Translations under genes and position numbers: made by a program
IMG/VR virus record: IMGVR_UViG_3300035676_000001
Direction: 5' to 3' (one strand)
Length of the DNA: 64,000 bases
DNA from: a virus
Lineage: Duplodnaviria > Caudoviricetes
Shown here: positions 37,141 through 46,675 of the stretch, one piece after another
Layout of the letters: every line of letters starts with the position of its first letter
How positions within the stretch are numbered: the stretch's first letter is position 1
The notes under the pieces: model-generated
Database searches by the model: none
Seen by the model: the letters and a program-made list of their open reading frames with translations, nothing else
Told to the model about the DNA's origin: nothing

Positions 37141-38295
37141 TTATGAAGGATAAGAGATGATGACGATACCGGAACCACCGGCACCTCCGTTTCCACCACC
37201 ACCAGATCCAGCGCCGCCACCACCTCCTCTGTTTGTTGTTCCAGCAGTTCCTGGGCTAGGAGATGGCCAAGTTCCTGCACCGCCAGCACCACCACCCCCA
37301 GGTCCACCAGGAGCTATAGCTGTTGGACCTCCAGTGTGACTGGATCCACCTCCACCACCAGCATAAGTTACTGATGATCCAGAAATTGAAGAAGATTGTC
37401 CAGATCCACCAGTGCCACCCAAACTTGCATTTGTAGTTCCTCCACCAGCACCACCAGCGCCGCCGCCGCCGCCACCAGCTCTAGAAGATCCATCGCCACT
37501 ATTTCCAACTCCGCCAGGATTTCCTTGTGGTGGTGATACTGGTGGAGTGTTTCCAGTTCCAGCAGGATTATTTACACTAGATCCTCCTCCAGATCCGCCA
37601 GGATTTCCAGATCCATTACTACTACATCCATATCCACCACCCGCAGAAGTTATAGATGAAAATATAGAAGAATTCCCATTCGTAGCATTTTGTGGTGTGT
37701 CACTTGTGCTACCATTCCCACCAGCACCTACAGTGACTGAATAAGGTCCGGGAACTACAGGTAATCCAGTTCCAGTTCTAAATCCTCCAGCACCTCCACC
37801 AGCGCCAGCATTATGACCCCCACCTCCTCCACCGGCAACTACAAGATATTCAACGTCACCAGCTCCAAAATTAACAGTAAATGTACCAGAACTTGTAAAG
37901 GTGTGAATAGTTTTACCACCAGAAAAAGTAATTGTTCCGCCAGTAGCATCAAAATTACTTTTTAATGGAATCCAAGTTGAACCATTGTAAAATTCTATTT
38001 TTAAATTTGTGATATTATAAATTAAAGCTCCGATAGCAGTGCCTACACCAGCATTGCGTCCTGTGGTTGTTGTAGCACCTAAACCAATTTGATTATTTCT
38101 TATAAAACTATTGCCTACTTGAATACCACCAGAAAACGTAGAGACACCAGAAGTACTTCCAGTAATGGTTCCACTTACATTTAAAGTTCCACTTACAGTC
38201 GTGACACCTGAAAGAATGACACCAGTATCGCTGAATGTTACGGTGCTTAATCCACTTCGGTTTTGTATTTGGTTGACACGAATCTCTGATGCCAT
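37141..38295 (-). CDS. Fibre protein with one Gly/Pro-rich domain
   Basis: Shares a 42-nt exact junction and the C-terminus with 32757. Confidence 0.75.
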   Translation of the reverse strand: MASEIRVNQIQNRSGLSTVTFSDTGVILSGVTTVSGTLNVSGTITGSTSGVSTFSGGIQVGNSFIRNNQIGLGATTTTGRNAGVGTAIGALIYNITNLKIEFYNGSTWIPLKSNFDATGGTITFSGGKTIHTFTSSGTFTVNFGAGDVEYLVVAGGGGGGHNAGAGGGAGGFRTGTGLPVVPGPYSVTVGAGGNGSTSDTPQNATNGNSSIFSSITSAGGGYGCSSNGSGNPGGSGGGSSVNNPAGTGNTPPVSPPQGNPGGVGNSGDGSSRAGGGGGGAGGAGGGTTNASLGGTGGSGQSSSISGSSVTYAGGGGGSSHTGGPTAIAPGGPGGGGAGGAGTWPSPSPGTAGTTNRGGGGGAGSGGGGNGGAGGSGIVIISYPS

Positions 38296-38313
38296 AGTTT
38301 AGGATACTTTTGA

Positions 38314-38446
38314 ATATTTATAGACCCAGAAGTTCTTTGAGTTCTTCTATTGAGAGTCCTGCTGCCTCTAACTTTTGTTGAGGTGTTAAAGGTTCTGGTT
38401 CGGGTTCTGGGTCTGGTGGAAGAGGTTCATTACCTTCTTCTAACCA
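38314..38446. repeat. 133-bp direct repeat, copy 2
   Basis: ~95% identical to 21710..21842. Confidence 0.9.
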
Positions 38447-38560
38447 GGCAGCATACTGACGCCATTCTGGTGTACCATTATCTTCTGGAGGGAAAAGCAT
38501 AATTACTCCATCCTCCAATTCAAGTTTAATATTTCCATTATTTGTAATTTGATAAGACAT
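38318..38560 (-). CDS. Fibre partner/chaperone, class A
   Basis: PEPEPEPLTPQQKLEAAGLSIEELKELLGL; likely start MSYQIT. Confidence 0.65.
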   Translation of the reverse strand: MSYQITNNGNIKLELEDGVIMLFPPEDNGTPEWRQYAAWLEEGNEPLPPDPEPEPEPLTPQQKLEAAGLSIEELKELLGL

Positions 38561-38564
38561 AGTT

Positions 38565-39788
38565 TTATAATTCGGCAGAACCAACAATTGATAATGATGC
38601 TAAATCAATAACTCCACTACCCCCACCAGTATATTGCAAATCTATTATAAAATGTGTTGAAGTTGCACTAGTACCATTCGCATTTAAATTAACGCCACTT
38701 GCAGACATTGTTAATATTGGAATCCTTCTCATTGGCACTGCCATTTGTCTTTGATCTCGGTCTACGTTTGCAACATACCTACGCCATGGACCATTATACA
38801 AAACTTGATAATATCTTTGACATAATGCTAATTCTTGTCCGTACAATCTTCTTTCGAAAGGTGTTGCAACAGTTCCTGGTTCTAATTGAACTCCGGTGAT
38901 ATACCAAGTAGCACCGTTAGTAGCACATAAATTTACTGATCCAGTTGATGATGTTGTATTTGTAGTGACCCAAGATCCAGCAGTTGCATTTTGATATCCT
39001 GGACCATGTTCAAATAATAATCTAAGTCCAATTCCATTATCAGTCACCCAGGTGCCAGTTGTTTCTCCCCCAATATTAATTGTCTTATATTCCCAAGTAT
39101 TTTGGGAATTAATTGTATAAGCAAATGGGAAAGAACGTGTCGTACCATTATTTTGTATACTTCCACCATGCTGCCCAATTACACTCGAACGAACCCAGAA
39201 AGATAAAGTTGCTGGTTTAGCACTAGAAGTTCCCCACGCAAAATCGGATATATTATATCCTTCAATCGGTTGCTGTAAAAATTGTTGTGGACCAGATGTG
39301 TCAGTTGCAATTACAGTAACTGCCAGAGAACTTGTAAATCCAACGGGAGCAATTCCAGACCTTTGAATAGTTCTTTTTGAAACTACATCACTATAATAAA
39401 ACCACCTATCAAGGGTATAAGTGCCTGTCTGTAAAGCGGATGTTGTTACACTTGCCCCAGAATTTCTAACATCAATCTGCATATCCCCGTTGATTATTCT
39501 ATTCCGGGCACCAGAGATGGGACCGTCATTAACAGAACCAATATAAGCAGTCGTAATACCAGCAGTCGTTACTCCTACGATACTTGTTGCTCTTAATGTA
39601 GTAACTGTAGAAACTCCACTGGAATTTACATTACCAGTTAAATTACCTGTTACATTCCCAGTGATATTTCCACTTACACTTGCACCAATAGACAGAGTAC
39701 TTCCAGCAGTAGTATAAAAGTTCAGAGAGTTACTCTGAGCCGTAATACTATTAATACCACTAATACTATTAGGTGTAATAATCGTCAT
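38565..39788 (-). CDS. Tail-fibre protein with RNRIINGDM...GTVATPFE module
   Basis: Paralogue of 21962. Confidence 0.7.
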   Translation of the reverse strand: MTIITPNSISGINSITAQSNSLNFYTTAGSTLSIGASVSGNITGNVTGNLTGNVNSSGVSTVTTLRATSIVGVTTAGITTAYIGSVNDGPISGARNRIINGDMQIDVRNSGASVTTSALQTGTYTLDRWFYYSDVVSKRTIQRSGIAPVGFTSSLAVTVIATDTSGPQQFLQQPIEGYNISDFAWGTSSAKPATLSFWVRSSVIGQHGGSIQNNGTTRSFPFAYTINSQNTWEYKTINIGGETTGTWVTDNGIGLRLLFEHGPGYQNATAGSWVTTNTTSSTGSVNLCATNGATWYITGVQLEPGTVATPFERRLYGQELALCQRYYQVLYNGPWRRYVANVDRDQRQMAVPMRRIPILTMSASGVNLNANGTSATSTHFIIDLQYTGGGSGVIDLASLSIVGSAEL

Positions 39789-39815
39789 TTTATCTTTCTC
39801 CCATTCTCATATTTA

Positions 39816-41081
39816 TCAGACCACAACATAATTACCATCAATCGTCAAAACTCCAGCAATATTTACAGGTCCTGCCATCAGACCATTAAAGTTTGTTCCG
39901 ATGTAATGATTGCCGTTTAGAGTATTATCCATTATCACCATACCATTTGAAACATATAGTCCATTAAACGAGTTACCAACACCAGTAAGTCCTGATACAT
40001 CAACACTTGTAGTATTAACTCCAACAGAACTTTGAGTTGTGATACCTGCAGTATTATTTCTCCACTTAGAAGAAACAACACCAGTCAGAAGTGAACCATC
40101 GCCAACAAACTTTGATGCCGTAACAATTCCTGCTCCAACATTACCCATTGAAACAGCAGCACCAGTTAGATTGATGCTAGCAACATTAATATTATCAGCA
40201 CTATTTAAACTAACGTTACCGACACGCCCATAAAAACCAGTTACATTACTGCTTGTTGCACCAGCAAATCCAATATGGCGAACTTGAATTGCAGTTCCAT
40301 TTCCAGGAGCACTTACAAAACTTAAGACATTCTCATAAAGTGTATATGCTCTTACAGTTGTAGCATCTGAAGGATACTGAACAACACCATCAATGGTTAC
40401 AAGAATATTTTGGTTGTTTGCAGGTGTCTTGGAAAGTGTAAAGTCAGTTGTTACATTATCACCAGTGAAACTATCAACAGTGTTATCTGCAATATCAAAG
40501 GTTGGGAAATTATTTGCAACCAGATTTCCCCAGAAAACATCAGTGACTAATGGTGCTGTTGAAAATATAATGACAGAATCTACATCAATACCAAATCCAT
40601 TTGCTGGTGTCGATGTATCATTTGGTTGCTGAATAACACCATTAATTGAGATTTGAAGTTGGGCAGCACGAGTCATCTGTGCTTTGGTGCCGTTATCATA
40701 AGTTGCTTTGAATCTTGTATTAATTCCATCAAAAGCAACGTTAAATGTATGATTTGTTCCTACTCCAGGTCCAGTGATTTGTATATAAGTTCCAGACAAT
40801 GCATTGACATAACTTAATGCAAGTTGAATGCTATTCTGGTCATATTTGATAATATAATAAACACTACCTGAAATTAAGTTACCAATTGCAGTTCCAGTAG
40901 TACTATAGGTAACTCTTTGTCCAGTAACAAATCGGTGATTGTTTAATGTAATTGTATCATTAGCAAGCGAAATGATACTCGAATCACTACCATCAAACGT
41001 CAGTGTGTATGATGTGATATCGTCAAGAATCTTGAACGAATTATTTTCTCCAGTTGCGGGTTGGTTGCCAAGATAACTCAT
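39816..41081 (-). CDS. Virion structural/fibre protein with Ig-like DFTL..P repeats
   Basis: FTGDNVTTDFTLSKTP..ILVTIDGVVQYP. Confidence 0.6.
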   Translation of the reverse strand: MSYLGNQPATGENNSFKILDDITSYTLTFDGSDSSIISLANDTITLNNHRFVTGQRVTYSTTGTAIGNLISGSVYYIIKYDQNSIQLALSYVNALSGTYIQITGPGVGTNHTFNVAFDGINTRFKATYDNGTKAQMTRAAQLQISINGVIQQPNDTSTPANGFGIDVDSVIIFSTAPLVTDVFWGNLVANNFPTFDIADNTVDSFTGDNVTTDFTLSKTPANNQNILVTIDGVVQYPSDATTVRAYTLYENVLSFVSAPGNGTAIQVRHIGFAGATSSNVTGFYGRVGNVSLNSADNINVASINLTGAAVSMGNVGAGIVTASKFVGDGSLLTGVVSSKWRNNTAGITTQSSVGVNTTSVDVSGLTGVGNSFNGLYVSNGMVIMDNTLNGNHYIGTNFNGLMAGPVNIAGVLTIDGNYVVV

Positions 41082-41098
41082 AGGAGCTTTTTAGGTAT

Positions 41099-41458
41099 TT
41101 AGTTTGGTTTTTCTGGCCAATCAACACCAGAGATACCTAAACGACTTGTATGGTCTAGAATTGGAGTCGCAGTGTCTGGAAGGTCTCTCAATTCTTGACG
41201 ATAACTTAACTGTTCTGGTGTTGGAGTTCTATCAGGAAGAACCCACCAATCAGTTTCCGAAATGAGACGGTCTCTTTCTATACGAAGAAGTCTCATTGGT
41301 TCTGCTGATTTCAGTTCTTCTATCTTTGATTCTACTTCTTCCTTTGTGGGTTTTGGAAATTCATTATCATTATGCCAGATTAGACCTTCGTAAGTTTCTC
41401 CATTACAAGCCCAACTTGCTCCTGGTCTTAATGATAGTAAAGCTCTTTGTATATCCAT
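41099..41458 (-). CDS. Fibre partner/chaperone, class B (with tail-assembly-like C-terminus)
   Basis: MDIQRALLSLRPGASW..LRIERDRLISETDWWVLPD..YRQELRDLP. Confidence 0.7.
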   Translation of the reverse strand: MDIQRALLSLRPGASWACNGETYEGLIWHNDNEFPKPTKEEVESKIEELKSAEPMRLLRIERDRLISETDWWVLPDRTPTPEQLSYRQELRDLPDTATPILDHTSRLGISGVDWPEKPN

Positions 41459-42423
41459 TATCCTGATACCTCCATTAATGTAATAGACGATGGTGGACAT
41501 CCATCATAACCAGATGCGCCACCTTGCTGCCATTGATGAGTCCTATTAATATATGCTGGACCACTACCAGTATAAGAAGATAACTGAATTTTATAAGTTG
41601 TTGCTGCTGTCGTTGATGGAGAATCCAAGTAGTTTAATGCAACTGAAGTCATATTATATCCGCGAGTTGTTGATGCATTAGAATATGTGCTTACCCAACT
41701 ACTAACTCGAAGTCTATTTCCATTTAAATCTCCAAGATATATTGCAGTAGAATCTCTAACAAGTCTAAGATTTACGCCATAATCATTATCACTACCAACC
41801 TTAGTATCAACCATTATCATAATTTTACTACTAGTGCTTCTGGGAGTAATTGTAGCACTTAAACCAGTAACGTCCGCCCATAAAAAACCTGAGGTACTAA
41901 AAGTATCAGTCTTTACTGTTTGAACGCACTGTATAATACCCCCACCACTCGCACCTGCTGGAATGCCCCCTACTGGAACTATACTGTTGGTTTGCAATGA
42001 ACCAGAGGCATAAACTGTAACAACACCGACAGTGTTTACACCTACAATACTTGTTGCTCTTAAAGTTGCAGTAGTCGTAACACCAGTAGAGTTTACATTT
42101 CCATTAAAGGTTGTAGCAGTTACAATACCGCTGATACTTGCATTTCCAGTAATTACTGCGCTCGCAGCGGTAATGGCACCAACAGTAATATTTGGAGTTC
42201 CTGAAAGACCAGTTGCGTTTCCTGTTAAGTTTCCACTGAAAGTTGTGGCAGTTACAATACCACTATTAATATTAACAGATGCTCCTACTTTAAGTGTAGA
42301 GAAAGTAGAAACTCCCGTTGAATTTACATTACCGTTTATATCGCCATCAATTCTTGTCGCAGTAACAACACCAACATTAATAGTTCCCTGAATTACATCA
42401 CCACTAACTTTGGTAAGTCCCAT
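41458..42423 (-). CDS. Short tail-fibre protein (GGIIQCV...ITPRSTSSK domain)
   Basis: GIVTATTF repeats; paralogue of 23841/25322. Confidence 0.65.
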   Translation of the reverse strand: MGLTKVSGDVIQGTINVGVVTATRIDGDINGNVNSTGVSTFSTLKVGASVNINSGIVTATTFSGNLTGNATGLSGTPNITVGAITAASAVITGNASISGIVTATTFNGNVNSTGVTTTATLRATSIVGVNTVGVVTVYASGSLQTNSIVPVGGIPAGASGGGIIQCVQTVKTDTFSTSGFLWADVTGLSATITPRSTSSKIMIMVDTKVGSDNDYGVNLRLVRDSTAIYLGDLNGNRLRVSSWVSTYSNASTTRGYNMTSVALNYLDSPSTTAATTYKIQLSSYTGSGPAYINRTHQWQQGGASGYDGCPPSSITLMEVSG

Positions 42424-42424
42424 A

Positions 42425-42751
42425 TCAGGTCATCTCCAACAGAGTGACTGCTACATCAAGACTTGCAGTTACATCACTTTTTGCAGTGATGCTATCGCTT
42501 GGCTCTAGCACAATTTTATTACCTTGCATAACCTCAAGAGATGATCCTTGAGGAATTGGCACGTTTCTCAATATACTTACATCATCTGCAAGAGTTCTGG
42601 CAATTCCTACAGTTACATTAATTCCAGACCCACTAATGTTTGCTAGTGTAATCCCAATAATTGTCGAAGTTGCATTTAAGGGCGCAGTATAAATGCCAAC
42701 ACTTGTAACTCCAACGTTTGCTTTAGTTGCTAGTTTAAACGTATTTGCCAT
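42425..42751 (-). CDS. Small beta-sandwich structural protein
   Basis: MANTFK..IYTAP..KIVLEPSDSI; paralogue of 53381. Confidence 0.6.
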   Translation of the reverse strand: MANTFKLATKANVGVTSVGIYTAPLNATSTIIGITLANISGSGINVTVGIARTLADDVSILRNVPIPQGSSLEVMQGNKIVLEPSDSITAKSDVTASLDVAVTLLEMT

Positions 42752-42756
42752 TTATA

Positions 42757-43866
42757 CTATCCGAATACGATTGAATAAATCAAAGCGTCATCCAAAACGC
42801 TTCTGCCGCTGACTCTATAAGCTCCTGTGATATTTATATCCCCAACAGCATCTACCTTATAAGATGGTTGAGTACTTCCTAAACCGATATTTCCAGTTGA
42901 TGGTCTGAAAACAAAACTGTTTGTTCCAGTCGTTGCAATTCCGACCGAACTTACCCCAGTGTTATTTGCAAAAGTTGGAAATACAATATCAGTTGCAATC
43001 GGTTGATTTATAACCGAAAAAGCACTTACACCAAAAAGATTAGAACCATCACCATAATAAACAACTGTCGTAACTCCAGGATTTGCAGAAGTTACAATAC
43101 CAGATGTCGTAATCCTAACCTGACCAATTGTGGTGACACCAGTAATTCTAACTCTTTCAAGTTCTGTGTCACCAATAACATCAAAATCGGATCTTGGATA
43201 TTGAGTATTAATACCAAGATTTCCACTTGTTACATCATACCAAACTTGATTTGTTCCAGAAAATATACCGACACTATTAAATTGTAACTGACCACTTAAT
43301 CCTGCAGCGTTGGTTACGATTCCAATTCCACCCGCGCTTGTCCAAACAATATTTGCACCGTTTGAACTTAAAACATAACCAGAGTTTCCAGCACTATTAG
43401 TAGAATCATAAATTCCACCACGAACTCTTAAATTACCAAAGACATCTAATCTTTGAGTTGGTCCTGTTGTCCCAATACCCAAGAATCCAAAGTTTGGTAT
43501 ATAAGCAACTTGTGTGCTTGCAATTCCTACAGAAGTTACACCAATGTTTGATGCAAATGTTGGATAAACTGGATTAGAATTTAATGGTTGCCCAACAACA
43601 TTAAAGGCATTAACGCCAATTAGATTTGATCCATCACCATAATATTTGACAGTTGTTACACCAGGATTATTTGCAGTTACAATTCCTGCGCTTGTAATCT
43701 TTAGTTCTCCGATGATTGCATCAGAAACTACGTGAAGTTTTGCCTGGGGATTTGTGGTTCCTATACCTACAGAGGGAGCTGCTGTAGTTGCAATACCAAT
43801 GTTTCCATTGATATCATTAACTATCGTAAACGACCCTAGTTGCGATAGCTCCCTATTATTTGCCAT
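42757..43866 (-). CDS. Tail-fibre protein with internal duplication
   Basis: Two copies of ITSAGIVTA.NPGVTTV.YYGDGSNL.GV.AF.V..QP; module shared with 48265. Confidence 0.7.
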   Translation of the reverse strand: MANNRELSQLGSFTIVNDINGNIGIATTAAPSVGIGTTNPQAKLHVVSDAIIGELKITSAGIVTANNPGVTTVKYYGDGSNLIGVNAFNVVGQPLNSNPVYPTFASNIGVTSVGIASTQVAYIPNFGFLGIGTTGPTQRLDVFGNLRVRGGIYDSTNSAGNSGYVLSSNGANIVWTSAGGIGIVTNAAGLSGQLQFNSVGIFSGTNQVWYDVTSGNLGINTQYPRSDFDVIGDTELERVRITGVTTIGQVRITTSGIVTSANPGVTTVVYYGDGSNLFGVSAFSVINQPIATDIVFPTFANNTGVSSVGIATTGTNSFVFRPSTGNIGLGSTQPSYKVDAVGDINITGAYRVSGRSVLDDALIYSIVFG

Positions 43867-43908
43867 CAGATATTAAACTTTGTAGTTATTTATTAGGGTT
43901 GTAAAACG

Positions 43909-44637
43909 TCACTCTATAATTTTTTTTAATTTCTGAAAACTACTACCAACCCAAGAAACTATACTGTTGATTTCATTATCAAACATAATCAAATCATCTT
44001 CAACGATTCCATAAGATGGATATAAGGTTTTTACTTCTCCCAAATGAGGAATCACTGCTTCATTAATTGAGCTTTCTTTCCCAAGAAGACCAAATGATTT
44101 CACATAGAAATTGGAAAGGTCAAAGTTTTTTACTCGGTCAATTTCAAAGTAATCACAAACAATATCCATAGTTTCTTTCTTGCTACTCAAAAAAGAATTT
44201 GTTTCTATCCATAAGATATCGGGAGTCTCACTTATCCATTGAATGATATTCAACCATATAAAAGCAATTTTTTCTAAATCAGTATGAAACTGATATTCTT
44301 TTAATGATGGATGGCAATGATGTAGATGATACTCATACTTTGTAGATACTATATTATCAGTATAATTTGATGTCTTAATCTTATATAAATGATGCTTTAG
44401 TTTCCTATACAAGAATACTTTTTTTCCAGAAAGATGTCCAGAATAGTGGCATAAGGAACTTTGAAACTTTATAACTGTATTGTTAGTTAATTCTTCAACA
44501 AGTTTATCATTCTGTATGAGATTATAAATCCAAGATGGTTCGGCATACACAATTGTGGAATTTGCCAGTAATGTTGCCATTAAAGTTGAACCACAATGAG
44601 AGGTATGATATATTTGATGAATATTAGTTTTGCTCAT
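43909..44637 (-). CDS. Sulfotransferase-like P-loop protein
   Basis: IYHTSHCGSTLMATLL resembles the 5'-PSB loop; EP and FLYR motifs. Confidence 0.5.
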   Translation of the reverse strand: MSKTNIHQIYHTSHCGSTLMATLLANSTIVYAEPSWIYNLIQNDKLVEELTNNTVIKFQSSLCHYSGHLSGKKVFLYRKLKHHLYKIKTSNYTDNIVSTKYEYHLHHCHPSLKEYQFHTDLEKIAFIWLNIIQWISETPDILWIETNSFLSSKKETMDIVCDYFEIDRVKNFDLSNFYVKSFGLLGKESSINEAVIPHLGEVKTLYPSYGIVEDDLIMFDNEINSIVSWVGSSFQKLKKIIE

Positions 44638-45277
44638 TTGTTCTTATACCATCATTGTGTATTCCAAAAAAGTGAGATATGCAATATCTTCCATAACCAG
44701 AATAATAATCAGTATCTTCTATTGATACATTTTTAACTCCGTGTTCAACATATGATGGTAATAGAATTAAACTATTATTCATACACTGAAACTCATAATC
44801 ACCATACTCTGGAAAATAAAGTTCTCCGCCAGAAAACTTTCTTGGTTCTTTGTGAAAGTAACTAAACGCTAAAAAGTCGTGTCTGATATCAGTATGTGGT
44901 TCGTAATAATCGCCATTGTGATAATATCTTGCTTTTGTTATACAATAATTGGAGTGTAGAATTTTTTTATTTTGAGGAAACTTATCATAAAAAATATTCA
45001 AAAATCCGTGATTGAATAATTTTTGTGTGACGGTTATGATATTAGAAAGATTTTTATCCGCATATGCAACATCCAGTTGTAAAGATCTGGATTTTGTCAT
45101 ATATTCTTGTTTTTCAAAATTCCAAGCCCCGTGATTATGTCCAGGGTCATATAATTTTCCAGGTTTGGTTAGAAACTTTAATTCTTCCCAAATTAATTCT
45201 AGTTCTTCTTCAGTATAAAAATTCTCAATGATTAAATGTGGGAATGGATCCTTTAGAATATTAATTCTTCTTTCCAT
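44624..45277 (-). CDS. 2OG-Fe(II) oxygenase, prolyl-4-hydroxylase-like
   Basis: YYEPHTD..FSGGELYF..LPSYVEHGV..GRYCI. Confidence 0.85.
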   Translation of the reverse strand: MERRINILKDPFPHLIIENFYTEEELELIWEELKFLTKPGKLYDPGHNHGAWNFEKQEYMTKSRSLQLDVAYADKNLSNIITVTQKLFNHGFLNIFYDKFPQNKKILHSNYCITKARYYHNGDYYEPHTDIRHDFLAFSYFHKEPRKFSGGELYFPEYGDYEFQCMNNSLILLPSYVEHGVKNVSIEDTDYYSGYGRYCISHFFGIHNDGIRTNEQN

Positions 45278-45298
45278 AATATATCATCTATTCAAATC

Positions 45299-45327
45299 AT
45301 TATAATGTTTTTAATACCTTCTGTCAA
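45299..45327 (-). promoter_or_regulatory. Perfect sigma70 promoter for the oxygenase + sulfotransferase-like pair
   Basis: TTGACA-17 nt-TATAAT overlapping the 3' end of the upstream gene. Confidence 0.85.
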
Positions 45328-45790
45328 ATTCTGGTTGCTCCATATTAAGAGTCCAGAATCTTTCACCTTCTGATCCTTCAACTTGTCTCCAATTTGAAAT
45401 AGATTCATCCCATTCGTATTGATAAGTATCCCAAGGCTTTGGAAATGGTGGTCTCCATTTTAATCTATCTGGATCATACCACCAAAGTGAATATGGTTGT
45501 GGAGGAATAGGAGGTAAAAATCTTTTATATTCTTCATTATATGAATAACCATCAGGAACAAATGCATCATACTGTTCATCATAAGTATCTCCTATCGCAG
45601 CATACTTATATCTAAATTTGTTATTATAAGATGTTTGTACCCAGTTTTTATCTTGACCATATAAGTTTTTACAAAACTGAATACCTACTTCTTCGGATTC
45701 ATTTCCATTTTCATCAAGAATATCATCATTTGAAATGACAATAACTTGCGTTACTACATTATTTTGATCTAGTTCTGCGAAATGTGCCAT
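45311..45790 (-). CDS. Gly-rich-fibre partner, class C
   Basis: MAHFAELDQNNVVTQVIVI..WVQTSYN..RYKYAAIGDTYD..DAFV. Confidence 0.7.
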   Translation of the reverse strand: MAHFAELDQNNVVTQVIVISNDDILDENGNESEEVGIQFCKNLYGQDKNWVQTSYNNKFRYKYAAIGDTYDEQYDAFVPDGYSYNEEYKRFLPPIPPQPYSLWWYDPDRLKWRPPFPKPWDTYQYEWDESISNWRQVEGSEGERFWTLNMEQPEFDRRY

Positions 45791-45798
45791 TGTTATTA

Positions 45799-46674
45799 TT
45801 AATTTACAGTAAAGGTTCCACCAGCGGTAAAGTCGTGAATCACATAATCGGTTCCAGAAACATTTGCGGTGGTAATTGTTCCACCAGTTGCTTTTGTAGT
45901 TGTCCCAGCATATCTTACGATGACTCTTCCAGATCCTCCTGATGCGGTAGCTCCATTAGTATTAGAATTTCTGGCACCACCACCTGTATTAGCAGCAGGT
46001 GAACTGGTCGTTGATCCATCACCATTAAGACCAATTAAAGCACCTCCACTAGTATTGCCAGATCCGGCACCACCTCCACCAAATGCAACTGTCGAAGAAC
46101 TACCGCCTCTAAAAGTTGCTAAATTATATCCTGAACCTCCGGCACCGCCTGCTCCAACACCAGTACTTGGACTTGTTCCAGCAGATCCAGCACTACCTTT
46201 TCCTCCTCCACCACCTGCACTAAAATTTGGAGAGGTTCCAGTAGACCCACCACCAGAATTACCCTGCCCTGATGTTCCACTTCCTCCCCCTCCTCCACTT
46301 CTTCCCCCACCGCCAGATCCACCAGATAATCCAGATATGGCTCCAGGTGCTGCACCAGAACCACCTCCACCACCAACAGCATTAGTAGCACCCGTAAATG
46401 AAGTTACACCTCCATTAGCACTTCCACTTCCTCCTCCACCAATTGTTACAGTAGAATTAGTTCCAGGATTTAAAGTTGCTGAGTAAATATATAACCCACC
46501 AGCACCTCCTCCACCTCCACCATAGCGAAAACTACTAAACCAACTATCATCACCGCCGGCGCCGACCTGCCCGAACGCAGACAAAGCTCCTCCACCGCCT
46601 GCCATCATAAGGACTTCAACCGATACTGGTGATGTGGTGACTGTTGTTACAAAAAAGTTTTGAAGTATAGACAT
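45799..46674 (-). CDS. Stand-alone Gly-rich domain protein
   Basis: VEVLMMAGGGG...GGSGRVIVRY..HDFTAGGTF. Confidence 0.7.
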   Translation of the reverse strand: MSILQNFFVTTVTTSPVSVEVLMMAGGGGALSAFGQVGAGGDDSWFSSFRYGGGGGGAGGLYIYSATLNPGTNSTVTIGGGGSGSANGGVTSFTGATNAVGGGGGSGAAPGAISGLSGGSGGGGRSGGGGGSGTSGQGNSGGGSTGTSPNFSAGGGGGKGSAGSAGTSPSTGVGAGGAGGSGYNLATFRGGSSSTVAFGGGGAGSGNTSGGALIGLNGDGSTTSSPAANTGGGARNSNTNGATASGGSGRVIVRYAGTTTKATGGTITTANVSGTDYVIHDFTAGGTFTVN

Positions 46675-46675
46675 A

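Noticed and set aside
32773-46486. Pro-rich + strand ORFs opposite the Gly-rich fibres (e.g. 37412..37744, 45869..46486)
   Set aside because: GGN codon runs read as CCN (Pro) on the opposite strand; an artefact, not collagen/extensin genes
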